Below, piece by piece: positions 36,701-49,026 of a stretch of DNA of 64,000 nt. Source of the DNA: Sminthopsis crassicaudata. Lineage: Eukaryota. Positions within the stretch are counted from its first letter, which is position 1, and each line of letters starts with the position of its first letter. Both the position numbers and the translations under genes were made by a program. A model generated the notes under the pieces. That model was not told the DNA's origin and did not search any database. It was given only the letters and a program-made list of their open reading frames with translations. The DNA lies in the NCBI RefSeq assembly GCF_048593235.1, contig NC_133620.1, positions 200,882,852-200,946,851 of the forward strand, written 5' to 3'.

Positions 36701-38020
36701 CTATGTGCTCCCGCCGGTCTGCCCATCCCCTTCATCACCGGTGGACTCTCCAGTGGATGCAGAAGGAGCCAGAACATCATCATCGCTGTCCTCCTCATTT
36801 GACTGTGTCACTTGAGGCTCTGGAGCTGGGATCTTGGTCTCCTGTTCTTGTTCTATCCTGCTGCGCAATGCTAAGATCCGGTGATGCAGTGCTGCATACA
36901 ACTGCCCAGTATCTCTGGAGCTGGCGGAGATCAGGAACACTTTGACTCCCTGACCCTCAGTGTCCATGGCTGTGATTCGAATGCTCTTCTCATTGGCTTT
37001 GTCAATCTGCATCTGTGCCCACAGCTTGGTGTTGAGCATAAGCCGCAGGCTCCCCTGGGTCCGCATTACCAGTCGAGATGGTAACGTCCCATCATCTGTG
37101 GAAGCCATGTCATTAAGTCTGAGTAGTCCTCTGCCTCTTTCCACCCAAGACTGTGATGTTTTGTCAAACACAAACAACTTGCCTTGGATCTGTAATACGT
37201 TGCTCTCTGCCTCTTCCCCGGTGATCACTTCCACCTTTTCTAGTAAACACTTCCGGGCTGTGGCCTTGGTGTAGGCAGCTGCTGACTCTGCCAGTGACTC
37301 TGAAACATTATTAGCTTTCTCAGGGGTGGCTTCTAGGGAGGAGGATTCTGAGCCGGATTCAGCAGCAGTATTGTCCTTGCTGACATCTCTACTAGATTCA
37401 CTGGGTTTGGGTGGATTCAGCACTCTTTCACTCATGTTCTGTCCAAATATAAATTTGTTGCTGGAGGCACCAGCAGTATTCGTTGAGTTCTCGAAACCGG
37501 AGCTGATGTATTGTAGGAAATAGTTGGTTAGAGAGGGTGTTTCAGAGCTCGGATGCCCTGCATTCTCTAAGTCACTTGTTGCAGCATTTTCATGTCCTAG
37601 CTTGTCAGCAGATTCAGAAGGATTCCTCAATGCACTATTATTTATTGATTCAGATGGAGCTGCTCCTTGACAGTCTGAAGGTACCTTAGCACCATTGGTG
37701 CCACTGTTAGGAACTGTTTGTAAAAGTACCTTTGGCTGGGGAGCTTGTAATACTGCTGAGCACAGCACACTTCGCTGCTCTTCCTTAGGTTTCTGGCTTG
37801 GTAGACCTGCACTGGGTGCCTGACCATGGATCAGTGTGGGAGGCTTCAGTTGGGATCCATTGCTCTTTTCCTCTGACTGTGATGGAGGAAATGGAGTTAA
37901 TGAAGAAGTTCTTTCCCGTTTTACAGGAGGACAGCAGTTTCCATCTTCTCTGTCGGAATCTTCTCTATCTCCTGGACTTGAACCTTCAGCGGATCTCTTT
38001 TGAGATTTCAGTTTCCTCAT
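36701..38020 (-). CDS. RANBP3: RANBP3 retrogene copy 2 (439 aa)
   Basis: Protein identical to copy 1. Confidence 0.93.
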   Translation of the reverse strand: MRKLKSQKRSAEGSSPGDREDSDREDGNCCPPVKRERTSSLTPFPPSQSEEKSNGSQLKPPTLIHGQAPSAGLPSQKPKEEQRSVLCSAVLQAPQPKVLLQTVPNSGTNGAKVPSDCQGAAPSESINNSALRNPSESADKLGHENAATSDLENAGHPSSETPSLTNYFLQYISSGFENSTNTAGASSNKFIFGQNMSERVLNPPKPSESSRDVSKDNTAAESGSESSSLEATPEKANNVSESLAESAAAYTKATARKCLLEKVEVITGEEAESNVLQIQGKLFVFDKTSQSWVERGRGLLRLNDMASTDDGTLPSRLVMRTQGSLRLMLNTKLWAQMQIDKANEKSIRITAMDTEGQGVKVFLISASSRDTGQLYAALHHRILALRSRIEQEQETKIPAPEPQVTQSNEEDSDDDVLAPSASTGESTGDEGDGQTGGST

Positions 38021-38107
38021 GCTTACTTCTGGGATAGAGAGACTGTCCCAGAATCAGGATCCTGTCTGTCCCTGTTCGGGAGCCAAAATTGACGTGGGGC
38101 GCTAATA

Positions 38108-38952
38108 TGTAACGTTCTTGAATTGTGAGGGTCCGGTCGTCTGCTCAATTATAATCCTTCTCTGGGAGGAGATCTGTAAAATCTTTTCCTCTGTGCACCG
38201 GTTTCTTGGGAGCTCTGAATCTCCTCCAGCTCTTGTCTTTCCCCAAATCAAACTGGTCTCTTTTCAGCCTGGCGTCACCACACTATCCCTGAGTCAATTC
38301 TCCCAGACCCAATGCTGCCCTCCTTTTATCCTCCCAGAGAATGGGCGTGGGATAACGCAAGGGCTTCTGGGAAACATGACTTCCACCAATGAGCTTGCTC
38401 CTCCTAGAATTCCTAAGGTGTAAACTCCCTTTAAAGGCCCTAACCAAAGGTCTGAGCCAGAGAACTATCAAGTCGACCTGAGTTTTCACCTTGTCACTGT
38501 CCAGACAACCTGAGTTCCCCCCTTGTCACTGTCCAGACAACCTGAGTTCTCCCCTTGTCACTGTCCAGACAACCTGAGTTCTCCCCTTGTCACTGTCCAG
38601 ACAACCTGAGTTCTCCCCTTGTCACTGTCCAGACAACCTGAGTTCTCCCCTTGTCACTGTCCAGACAACCTGAGTTCTCCCCTTGTCACTGTCCAGACAA
38701 CCTGAGTTCTCCCCTTGTCACTGTCCAGACAACCTGAGTTCTCCCTTTGTCACTGTTCAGACAACCTGAGTTCTCCCCTTGTCACTGTCCAGACAACCTG
38801 AGTTCTCCCCTTGTCACTGTCCAGACGACCTGAGTTCTCCCCTTGTCACTGTCCAGACGACCTGAGTTCTCCCCTTGTCACTGTCCAGACGACCTGAGTT
38901 CTCCCCTTGTCACTGTCCAGACGACCTGAGTTCTCACCTTGTAATCCTAACA
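38108..38952 (-). mobile_element. LTR 3 (845 bp, 14.5 repeats)
   Basis: As LTR 2. Confidence 0.95.
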
Positions 38953-39324
38953 TCTGTCCCTTTTTTTTCATTTAGAACATAGGGTGGTCATGACCTTGAA
39001 ACATAAATCCATCAATATGGGAGGTATTACACATAATTACATAAATTACATAAGCACATAGTAATATAGTAACATAGTGACATAATACATGCTAGAAGTA
39101 TGTAACAAATAACATGATCAAATAATCATAAATTGAGAATTCATAAATGTCCATAAGTTCATTGTCCATTAATCTCATCTTATGTTAGGAAATCCAATGA
39201 TTCCTGCTGGTTTTAAAGTTCTTTAACAGTCTTCTTATCAGCCATGCTCTTTCAGTGTCAGATGTTTCTTAGATCTTCTCCTTTGTTTTAAGGTCTTTCT
39301 CTTTTTCTCTCTCTCTCTCTGAGT

Positions 39325-40996
39325 GCTTGTTGCCACCTATCTGTTTCCTTCTTCATCTGTATCCTTCTTTCATTAAAATACAAGTAAACCCTCTCTCCCA
39401 GGCAGTTGACCTATCTAATTTCCTTCTATTTACCACTTTCTAAATCTCTTTTCATCATCTGGCAATTGCATTGGAGTTGTATGCACTGGACATAGCCCTG
39501 TTGGTTTAAAAGGCCTGCATTCTCCCCAAGTGTAATCTATTTTTGCAATCGGATTGCCTTTTGGCTGACTGATCAGGTAATCCCTTTCTTTCATGTGATT
39601 GCTTTTCGGCTGATAGATCACATCAGAGTCCTGACCTCCTAAAGGCTCTTTGGGTGTAACCACAGTTGCAATCATTCCCCACCTATCCTTTGCTTGATAT
39701 CTTGGAGCTGGGCCCCACTTCTCATTTCCCTGGGTCAATCTGCATTCTGAGGCCCAGTGAAAGCCTTTGTGACATTTTGGACATGGGGTTTTAGGTCTTC
39801 TTTCACCCTGTCTTCTCACTCTATCTCCATATCTACATTGAGCTCTTAGGGGTCCAATTTTTCCACATTGAAAACATGGACGAATTTCTCTAGAAATCCC
39901 TGGCCAGGAGGGACCCTGTCTTTCCATGTTCATCATAGTCTGGGTGTAAAAAGCATTTGTTCCCACTGTGGCACATAGTCTTTCCTCTAAAGGAGCATCT
40001 TTGTCTAATCCCCATATAATTCTTTTGCAAATCTCATTGGCATTTTCCTTAGCCAGACGTCTGGTCATTATTTCTGTAGCTGCATCTTCTCCAATAGTTC
40101 TTTGACAGCAGTTTGTAGACGTCCTACAAAATCCGCAATAGGTTCATTGAGACCTTGCTGTATTTTAGTGAAAGCCTCTCCCTGATCTTTCTGTCCAGGG
40201 AGGACACCCCAAGCTTTTATTGCAGCCTTAGAAATTTGCTCATACACTGTCATGGGATAATTAATCTGTTCTGAATTCTTTCCATACCGACCTTCACCAG
40301 CTAGTTGGTCAAAAATGAATTGTTTGTCAACTCCTGTTTCCATATTATGTCTGACTTGAATTCTACATAATTCATGAAAGTCTGAAAGCCACAAGTTTTG
40401 TCCAGGTTCTAAACACATCCCAGCTATGGATTTCATTCTTTTTTAAAATTTTTTTATTAATTTTATAATTATAACATTTTTGACAGTACATATGCATAGG
40501 TAATTTTTTACAACATTATCCCTTGTACTCCTTCTGTTCCGAATTTTCCCCTCCTTCCCTCCACCCCCTCCCCTAGATGGCAGGCTTTCCCATACATATT
40601 AAATATGTTATAGTATAACCTAGATACAATATATACGTGCAGAACCGAATTTTGTTGTTGTTGTTGTATTCGGAAGGTAAAAATAACCTGGGAAGAAAAA
40701 CAAAAAATGAAAACAGTTTACACTCATTTCCCAGTGTTCCCTCTCTGGGTGTAGCTGATTCTGTCCATCATTGATCAATTGGAACTGAATTAGATCTTCT
40801 CTTTGTTGAAGATATCCACTTCCATCAGAATGTATCCTCATGCAGTATCGTTGTTGAAGTGTATAATGATCTCCTGGTTCTGCTCAATTTCACTCACTAG
40901 CTATGGATTTCCAATCATTCAAGGTTAGGATTTCATAAGACAAATTATCTAGTCACATTTTAACATAAGATGATTTAGCCCCATAAATAGCGCAAC
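39325..40996 (-). pseudogene. Unit 3 gag/IN remnant with L1 insert (40435-40898)
   Basis: ORFs 39430-40068 and 40068-40436. Confidence 0.9.
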
Positions 40997-41033
40997 TTTT
41001 TTTCAGATACATAATTTTATTGAAAAAAAATTC

Positions 41034-41165
41034 TTTTTTTTTTTTTTAGGCTGGGGTTAAGTGACTTGCCCAGGGTCACACAGCTAGGAAGTGTTAAGCA
41101 TCTGAACTCGGGTCCTCCTGAATTCAGGGCTGTTGCTCTATCCACTGAGCCACCTAGCTGCCCCC
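41034..41165 (-). mobile_element. WSINE1 in 3'UTR (unit 3)
   Basis: As unit 1. Confidence 0.9.
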
Positions 41166-41566
41166 AATTTTACTCAAATCTAAAGGAGTGTGGCTTCGAT
41201 GTTTTTGCCCTAAAGAGTAAACCTCTTCAATGGCAGGATATGCATGTATAAAATCACTCGTCCCAAGGAGGGCTTGTGAGTGACAAGCCAATATGCCATT
41301 TCAATGAAAAAAGGGGGAAGGAAGGTTATTTTTCTGCTCATCAATATGATGAGCTTTCGTGTCCCAAACCACATTCCGGCAGTTTTCTGAGTCTGCTTTG
41401 TGTGGAATCTACTGATCCAGGCCCAAAAAACCAAACAAACAGAACAGGGATGCATGGTTCCTAAGTCCTGGAGCCGCCAACACTGCCTGGAACGATTGCG
41501 GCGCTGCCGGGGGAAGGGGGGAGAGTGGACAAGCAGCAGCCTTGCAAGCGGATGAGCTTCCAGCTG

Positions 41567-42886
41567 CTATGTGCTCCCGCCGGTCTGCCCATCCCCTTCA
41601 TCACCGGTGGACTCTCCAGTGGATGCAGAAGGAGCCAGAACATCATCATCGCTGTCCTCCTCATTTGACTGTGTCACTTGAGGCTCTGGAGCTGGGATCT
41701 TGGTCTCCTGTTCTTGTTCTATCCTGCTGCGCAATGCTAAGATCCGGTGATGCAGTGCTGCATACAACTGCCCAGTATCTCTGGAGCTGGCGGAGATCAG
41801 GAACACTTTGACTCCCTGACCCTCAGTGTCCATGGCTGTGATTCGAATGCTCTTCTCATTGGCTTTGTCAATCTGCATCTGTGCCCACAGCTTGGTGTTG
41901 AGCATAAGCCGCAGGCTCCCCTGGGTCCGCATTACCAGTCGAGATGGTAACGTCCCATCATCTGTGGAAGCCATGTCATTAAGTCTGAGTAGTCCTCTGC
42001 CTCTTTCCACCCAAGACTGTGATGTTTTGTCAAACACAAACAACTTGCCTTGGATCTGTAATACGTTGCTCTCTGCCTCTTCCCCGGTGATCACTTCCAC
42101 CTTTTCTAGTAAACACTTCCGGGCTGTGGCCTTGGTGTAGGCAGCTGCTGACTCTGCCAGTGACTCTGAAACATTATTAGCTTTCTCAGGGGTGGCTTCT
42201 AGGGAGGAGGATTCTGAGCCGGATTCAGCAGCAGTATTGTCCTTGCTGACATCTCTACTAGATTCACTGGGTTTGGGTGGATTCAGCACTCTTTCACTCA
42301 TGTTCTGTCCAAATATAAATTTGTTGCTGGAGGCACCAGCAGTATTCGTTGAGTTCTCGAAACCGGAGCTGATGTATTGTAGGAAATAGTTGGTTAGAGA
42401 GGGTGTTTCAGAGCTCGGATGCCCTGCATTCTCTAAGTCACTTGTTGCAGCATTTTCATGTCCTAGCTTGTCAGCAGATTCAGAAGGATTCCTCAATGCA
42501 CTATTATTTATTGATTCAGATGGAGCTGCTCCTTGACAGTCTGAAGGTACCTTAGCACCATTGGTGCCACTGTTAGGAACTGTTTGTAAAAGTACCTTTG
42601 GCTGGGGAGCTTGTAATACTGCTGAGCACAGCACACTTCGCTGCTCTTCCTTAGGTTTCTGGCTTGGTAGACCTGCACTGGGTGCCTGACCATGGATCAG
42701 TGTGGGAGGCTTCAGTTGGGATCCATTGCTCTTTTCCTCTGACTGTGATGGAGGAAATGGAGTTAATGAAGAAGTTCTTTCCCGTTTTACAGGAGGACAG
42801 CAGTTTCCATCTTCTCTGTCGGAATCTTCTCTATCTCCTGGACTTGAACCTTCAGCGGATCTCTTTTGAGATTTCAGTTTCCTCAT
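41567..42886 (-). CDS. RANBP3: RANBP3 retrogene copy 3 (439 aa)
   Basis: Protein identical to copy 1. Confidence 0.93.
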   Translation of the reverse strand: MRKLKSQKRSAEGSSPGDREDSDREDGNCCPPVKRERTSSLTPFPPSQSEEKSNGSQLKPPTLIHGQAPSAGLPSQKPKEEQRSVLCSAVLQAPQPKVLLQTVPNSGTNGAKVPSDCQGAAPSESINNSALRNPSESADKLGHENAATSDLENAGHPSSETPSLTNYFLQYISSGFENSTNTAGASSNKFIFGQNMSERVLNPPKPSESSRDVSKDNTAAESGSESSSLEATPEKANNVSESLAESAAAYTKATARKCLLEKVEVITGEEAESNVLQIQGKLFVFDKTSQSWVERGRGLLRLNDMASTDDGTLPSRLVMRTQGSLRLMLNTKLWAQMQIDKANEKSIRITAMDTEGQGVKVFLISASSRDTGQLYAALHHRILALRSRIEQEQETKIPAPEPQVTQSNEEDSDDDVLAPSASTGESTGDEGDGQTGGST

Positions 42887-42973
42887 GCTTACTTCTGGGA
42901 TAGAGAGACTGTCCCAGAATCAGGATCCTGTCTGTCCCTGTTCGGGAGCCAAAATTGACGTGGGGCGCTAATA

Positions 42974-43818
42974 TGTAACGTTCTTGAATTGTGAGGGTCC
43001 GGTCGTCTGCTCAATTATAATCCTTCTCTGGGAGGAGATCTGTAAAATCTTTTCCTCTGTGCACCGGTTTCTTGGGAGCTCTGAATCTCCTCCAGCTCTT
43101 GTCTTTCCCCAAATCAAACTGGTCTCTTTTCAGCCTGGCGTCACCACACTATCCCTGAGTCAATTCTCCCAGACCCAATGCTGCCCTCCTTTTATCCTCC
43201 CAGAGAATGGGCGTGGGATAACGCAAGGGCTTCTGGGAAACATGACTTCCACCAATGAGCTTGCTCCTCCTAGAATTCCTAAGGTGTAAACTCCCTTTAA
43301 AGGCCCTAACCAAAGGTCTGAGCCAGAGAACTATCAAGTCGACCTGAGTTTTCACCTTGTCACTGTCCAGACAACCTGAGTTCCCCCCTTGTCACTGTCC
43401 AGACAACCTGAGTTCTCCCCTTGTCACTGTCCAGACAACCTGAGTTCTCCCCTTGTCACTGTCCAGACAACCTGAGTTCTCCCCTTGTCACTGTCCAGAC
43501 AACCTGAGTTCTCCCCTTGTCACTGTCCAGACAACCTGAGTTCTCCCCTTGTCACTGTCCAGACAACCTGAGTTCTCCCCTTGTCACTGTCCAGACAACC
43601 TGAGTTCTCCCTTTGTCACTGTTCAGACAACCTGAGTTCTCCCCTTGTCACTGTCCAGACAACCTGAGTTCTCCCCTTGTCACTGTCCAGACGACCTGAG
43701 TTCTCCCCTTGTCACTGTCCAGACGACCTGAGTTCTCCCCTTGTCACTGTCCAGACGACCTGAGTTCTCCCCTTGTCACTGTCCAGACGACCTGAGTTCT
43801 CACCTTGTAATCCTAACA
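42974..43818 (-). mobile_element. LTR 4 (845 bp, 14.5 repeats)
   Basis: As LTR 2. Confidence 0.95.
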
Positions 43819-44190
43819 TCTGTCCCTTTTTTTTCATTTAGAACATAGGGTGGTCATGACCTTGAAACATAAATCCATCAATATGGGAGGTATTACACAT
43901 AATTACATAAATTACATAAGCACATAGTAATATAGTAACATAGTGACATAATACATGCTAGAAGTATGTAACAAATAACATGATCAAATAATCATAAATT
44001 GAGAATTCATAAATGTCCATAAGTTCATTGTCCATTAATCTCATCTTATGTTAGGAAATCCAATGATTCCTGCTGGTTTTAAAGTTCTTTAACAGTCTTC
44101 TTATCAGCCATGCTCTTTCAGTGTCAGATGTTTCTTAGATCTTCTCCTTTGTTTTAAGGTCTTTCTCTTTTTCTCTCTCTCTCTCTGAGT

Positions 44191-45862
44191 GCTTGTTGCC
44201 ACCTATCTGTTTCCTTCTTCATCTGTATCCTTCTTTCATTAAAATACAAGTAAACCCTCTCTCCCAGGCAGTTGACCTATCTAATTTCCTTCTATTTACC
44301 ACTTTCTAAATCTCTTTTCATCATCTGGCAATTGCATTGGAGTTGTATGCACTGGACATAGCCCTGTTGGTTTAAAAGGCCTGCATTCTCCCCAAGTGTA
44401 ATCTATTTTTGCAATCGGATTGCCTTTTGGCTGACTGATCAGGTAATCCCTTTCTTTCATGTGATTGCTTTTCGGCTGATAGATCACATCAGAGTCCTGA
44501 CCTCCTAAAGGCTCTTTGGGTGTAACCACAGTTGCAATCATTCCCCACCTATCCTTTGCTTGATATCTTGGAGCTGGGCCCCACTTCTCATTTCCCTGGG
44601 TCAATCTGCATTCTGAGGCCCAGTGAAAGCCTTTGTGACATTTTGGACATGGGGTTTTAGGTCTTCTTTCACCCTGTCTTCTCACTCTATCTCCATATCT
44701 ACATTGAGCTCTTAGGGGTCCAATTTTTCCACATTGAAAACATGGACGAATTTCTCTAGAAATCCCTGGCCAGGAGGGACCCTGTCTTTCCATGTTCATC
44801 ATAGTCTGGGTGTAAAAAGCATTTGTTCCCACTGTGGCACATAGTCTTTCCTCTAAAGGAGCATCTTTGTCTAATCCCCATATAATTCTTTTGCAAATCT
44901 CATTGGCATTTTCCTTAGCCAGACGTCTGGTCATTATTTCTGTAGCTGCATCTTCTCCAATAGTTCTTTGACAGCAGTTTGTAGACGTCCTACAAAATCC
45001 GCAATAGGTTCATTGAGACCTTGCTGTATTTTAGTGAAAGCCTCTCCCTGATCTTTCTGTCCAGGGAGGACACCCCAAGCTTTTATTGCAGCCTTAGAAA
45101 TTTGCTCATACACTGTCATGGGATAATTAATCTGTTCTGAATTCTTTCCATACCGACCTTCACCAGCTAGTTGGTCAAAAATGAATTGTTTGTCAACTCC
45201 TGTTTCCATATTATGTCTGACTTGAATTCTACATAATTCATGAAAGTCTGAAAGCCACAAGTTTTGTCCAGGTTCTAAACACATCCCAGCTATGGATTTC
45301 ATTCTTTTTTAAAATTTTTTTATTAATTTTATAATTATAACATTTTTGACAGTACATATGCATAGGTAATTTTTTACAACATTATCCCTTGTACTCCTTC
45401 TGTTCCGAATTTTCCCCTCCTTCCCTCCACCCCCTCCCCTAGATGGCAGGCTTTCCCATACATATTAAATATGTTATAGTATAACCTAGATACAATATAT
45501 ACGTGCAGAACCGAATTTTGTTGTTGTTGTTGTATTCGGAAGGTAAAAATAACCTGGGAAGAAAAACAAAAAATGAAAACAGTTTACACTCATTTCCCAG
45601 TGTTCCCTCTCTGGGTGTAGCTGATTCTGTCCATCATTGATCAATTGGAACTGAATTAGATCTTCTCTTTGTTGAAGATATCCACTTCCATCAGAATGTA
45701 TCCTCATGCAGTATCGTTGTTGAAGTGTATAATGATCTCCTGGTTCTGCTCAATTTCACTCACTAGCTATGGATTTCCAATCATTCAAGGTTAGGATTTC
45801 ATAAGACAAATTATCTAGTCACATTTTAACATAAGATGATTTAGCCCCATAAATAGCGCAAC
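44191..45862 (-). pseudogene. Unit 4 gag/IN remnant with L1 insert (45301-45764)
   Basis: ORFs 44296-44934 and 44934-45302. Confidence 0.9.
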
Positions 45863-45899
45863 TTTTTTTCAGATACATAATTTTATTGAAAAAAAATTC

Positions 45900-46032
45900 T
45901 TTTTTTTTTTTTTTAGGCTGGGGTTAAGTGACTTGCCCAGGGTCACACAGCTAGGAAGTGTTAAGCATCTGAACTCGGGTCCTCCTGAATTCAGGGCTGT
46001 TGCTCTATCCACTGAGCCACCTAGCTGCCCCC
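45900..46032 (-). mobile_element. WSINE1 in 3'UTR (unit 4)
   Basis: As unit 1. Confidence 0.9.
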
Positions 46033-46433
46033 AATTTTACTCAAATCTAAAGGAGTGTGGCTTCGATGTTTTTGCCCTAAAGAGTAAACCTCTTCAATGG
46101 CAGGATATGCATGTATAAAATCACTCGTCCCAAGGAGGGCTTGTGAGTGACAAGCCAATATGCCATTTCAATGAAAAAAGGGGGAAGGAAGGTTATTTTT
46201 CTGCTCATCAATATGATGAGCTTTCGTGTCCCAAACCACATTCCGGCAGTTTTCTGAGTCTGCTTTGTGTGGAATCTACTGATCCAGGCCCAAAAAACCA
46301 AACAAACAGAACAGGGATGCATGGTTCCTAAGTCCTGGAGCCGCCAACACTGCCTGGAACGATTGCGGCGCTGCCGGGGGAAGGGGGGAGAGTGGACAAG
46401 CAGCAGCCTTGCAAGCGGATGAGCTTCCAGCTG

Positions 46434-47753
46434 CTATGTGCTCCCGCCGGTCTGCCCATCCCCTTCATCACCGGTGGACTCTCCAGTGGATGCAGAAGGA
46501 GCCAGAACATCATCATCGCTGTCCTCCTCATTTGACTGTGTCACTTGAGGCTCTGGAGCTGGGATCTTGGTCTCCTGTTCTTGTTCTATCCTGCTGCGCA
46601 ATGCTAAGATCCGGTGATGCAGTGCTGCATACAACTGCCCAGTATCTCTGGAGCTGGCGGAGATCAGGAACACTTTGACTCCCTGACCCTCAGTGTCCAT
46701 GGCTGTGATTCGAATGCTCTTCTCATTGGCTTTGTCAATCTGCATCTGTGCCCACAGCTTGGTGTTGAGCATAAGCCGCAGGCTCCCCTGGGTCCGCATT
46801 ACCAGTCGAGATGGTAACGTCCCATCATCTGTGGAAGCCATGTCATTAAGTCTGAGTAGTCCTCTGCCTCTTTCCACCCAAGACTGTGATGTTTTGTCAA
46901 ACACAAACAACTTGCCTTGGATCTGTAATACGTTGCTCTCTGCCTCTTCCCCGGTGATCACTTCCACCTTTTCTAGTAAACACTTCCGGGCTGTGGCCTT
47001 GGTGTAGGCAGCTGCTGACTCTGCCAGTGACTCTGAAACATTATTAGCTTTCTCAGGGGTGGCTTCTAGGGAGGAGGATTCTGAGCCGGATTCAGCAGCA
47101 GTATTGTCCTTGCTGACATCTCTACTAGATTCACTGGGTTTGGGTGGATTCAGCACTCTTTCACTCATGTTCTGTCCAAATATAAATTTGTTGCTGGAGG
47201 CACCAGCAGTATTCGTTGAGTTCTCGAAACCGGAGCTGATGTATTGTAGGAAATAGTTGGTTAGAGAGGGTGTTTCAGAGCTCGGATGCCCTGCATTCTC
47301 TAAGTCACTTGTTGCAGCATTTTCATGTCCTAGCTTGTCAGCAGATTCAGAAGGATTCCTCAATGCACTATTATTTATTGATTCAGATGGAGCTGCTCCT
47401 TGACAGTCTGAAGGTACCTTAGCACCATTGGTGCCACTGTTAGGAACTGTTTGTAAAAGTACCTTTGGCTGGGGAGCTTGTAATACTGCTGAGCACAGCA
47501 CACTTCGCTGCTCTTCCTTAGGTTTCTGGCTTGGTAGACCTGCACTGGGTGCCTGACCATGGATCAGTGTGGGAGGCTTCAGTTGGGATCCATTGCTCTT
47601 TTCCTCTGACTGTGATGGAGGAAATGGAGTTAATGAAGAAGTTCTTTCCCGTTTTACAGGAGGACAGCAGTTTCCATCTTCTCTGTCGGAATCTTCTCTA
47701 TCTCCTGGACTTGAACCTTCAGCGGATCTCTTTTGAGATTTCAGTTTCCTCAT
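46434..47753 (-). CDS. RANBP3: RANBP3 retrogene copy 4 (439 aa)
   Basis: Protein identical to copy 1. Confidence 0.93.
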   Translation of the reverse strand: MRKLKSQKRSAEGSSPGDREDSDREDGNCCPPVKRERTSSLTPFPPSQSEEKSNGSQLKPPTLIHGQAPSAGLPSQKPKEEQRSVLCSAVLQAPQPKVLLQTVPNSGTNGAKVPSDCQGAAPSESINNSALRNPSESADKLGHENAATSDLENAGHPSSETPSLTNYFLQYISSGFENSTNTAGASSNKFIFGQNMSERVLNPPKPSESSRDVSKDNTAAESGSESSSLEATPEKANNVSESLAESAAAYTKATARKCLLEKVEVITGEEAESNVLQIQGKLFVFDKTSQSWVERGRGLLRLNDMASTDDGTLPSRLVMRTQGSLRLMLNTKLWAQMQIDKANEKSIRITAMDTEGQGVKVFLISASSRDTGQLYAALHHRILALRSRIEQEQETKIPAPEPQVTQSNEEDSDDDVLAPSASTGESTGDEGDGQTGGST

Positions 47754-47840
47754 GCTTACTTCTGGGATAGAGAGACTGTCCCAGAATCAGGATCCTGTCT
47801 GTCCCTGTTCGGGAGCCAAAATTGACGTGGGGCGCTAATA

Positions 47841-48654
47841 TGTAACGTTCTTGAATTGTGAGGGTCCGGTCGTCTGCTCAATTATAATCCTTCTCTGGGA
47901 GGAGATCTGTAAAATCTTTTCCTCTGTGCACAGGTTTCTTGGGAGCTCTGAATCTCCTCCAGCTCTTGTCTTTCCCCAAATCAAACTGGTCTCCTTTCAG
48001 CCTGGCGTCACCACACTATCCCTGAGTCAATTCTCCCAGACCCAATGCTGCCCTCCTTTTATCCTCCCAGAGAATGGGCGTGGGATAACGCAAGGGCTTC
48101 TGGGAAACATGACTTCCACCAATGAGCTTGCTCCTCCTAGAATTCCTAAGGGGTAAACTCCCTTTAAAGGCCCTAACCAAAGGTCTGAGCCAGAGAACTA
48201 TCAAGTCGACCTGAGTTTTCACCTTGTCACTGTCCAGACAACCTGAGTTCCCCCCTTGTCACTGTCCAGACAACCTGAGTTCTCCCCTTGTCACTGTCCA
48301 GACAACCTGAGTTCTCCCCTTGTCACTGTCCAGACAACCTGAGTTCTCCCCTTGTCACTGTCCAGACAACCTGAGTTCTCCCCTTGTCACTGTCCAGACA
48401 ACCTGAGTTCTCCCCTTGTCACTGTCCAGACAACCTGAGTTCTCCCCTTGTCACTGTCCAGACAACCTGAGTTCTCCCCTTTGTCACTGTCCAGACGACC
48501 TGAGTTCTCCCCTTGTCACTGTCCAGACGACCTGAGTTCTCCCCTTGTCACTGTCCAGACGACCTGAGTTCTCCCCTTGTCACTGTCCAGACGACCTGAG
48601 TTCTCCCCTTGTCACTGTCCAGACGACCTGAGTTCTCACCTTGTAATCCTAACA
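47841..48654 (-). mobile_element. LTR 5 (814 bp, 13.5 repeats)
   Basis: As LTR 2 with one repeat fewer. Confidence 0.95.
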
Positions 48655-49026
48655 TCTGTCCCTTTCTTTTCATTTAGAACATAGGGTGGTCATGACCTTG
48701 AAACATAAATCCATCAATATGGGAGGTATTACACATAATTACATAAATTACATAAGCACATAGTAATATAGTAACATAGTGACATAATACATGCTAGAAG
48801 TATGTAACAAATAACATGATCAAATAATCATAAATTGAGAATTCATAAATGTCCATAAGTTCATTGTCCATTAATCTCATCTTATGTTAGGAAATCCAAT
48901 GATTCCTGCTGGTTTTAAAGTTCTTTAACAGTCTTCTTATCAGCCATGCTCTTTCAGTGTCAGATGTTTCTTAGATCTTCTCCTTTGTTTTAAGGTCTTT
49001 CTCTTTTTCTCTCTCTCTCTCTGAGT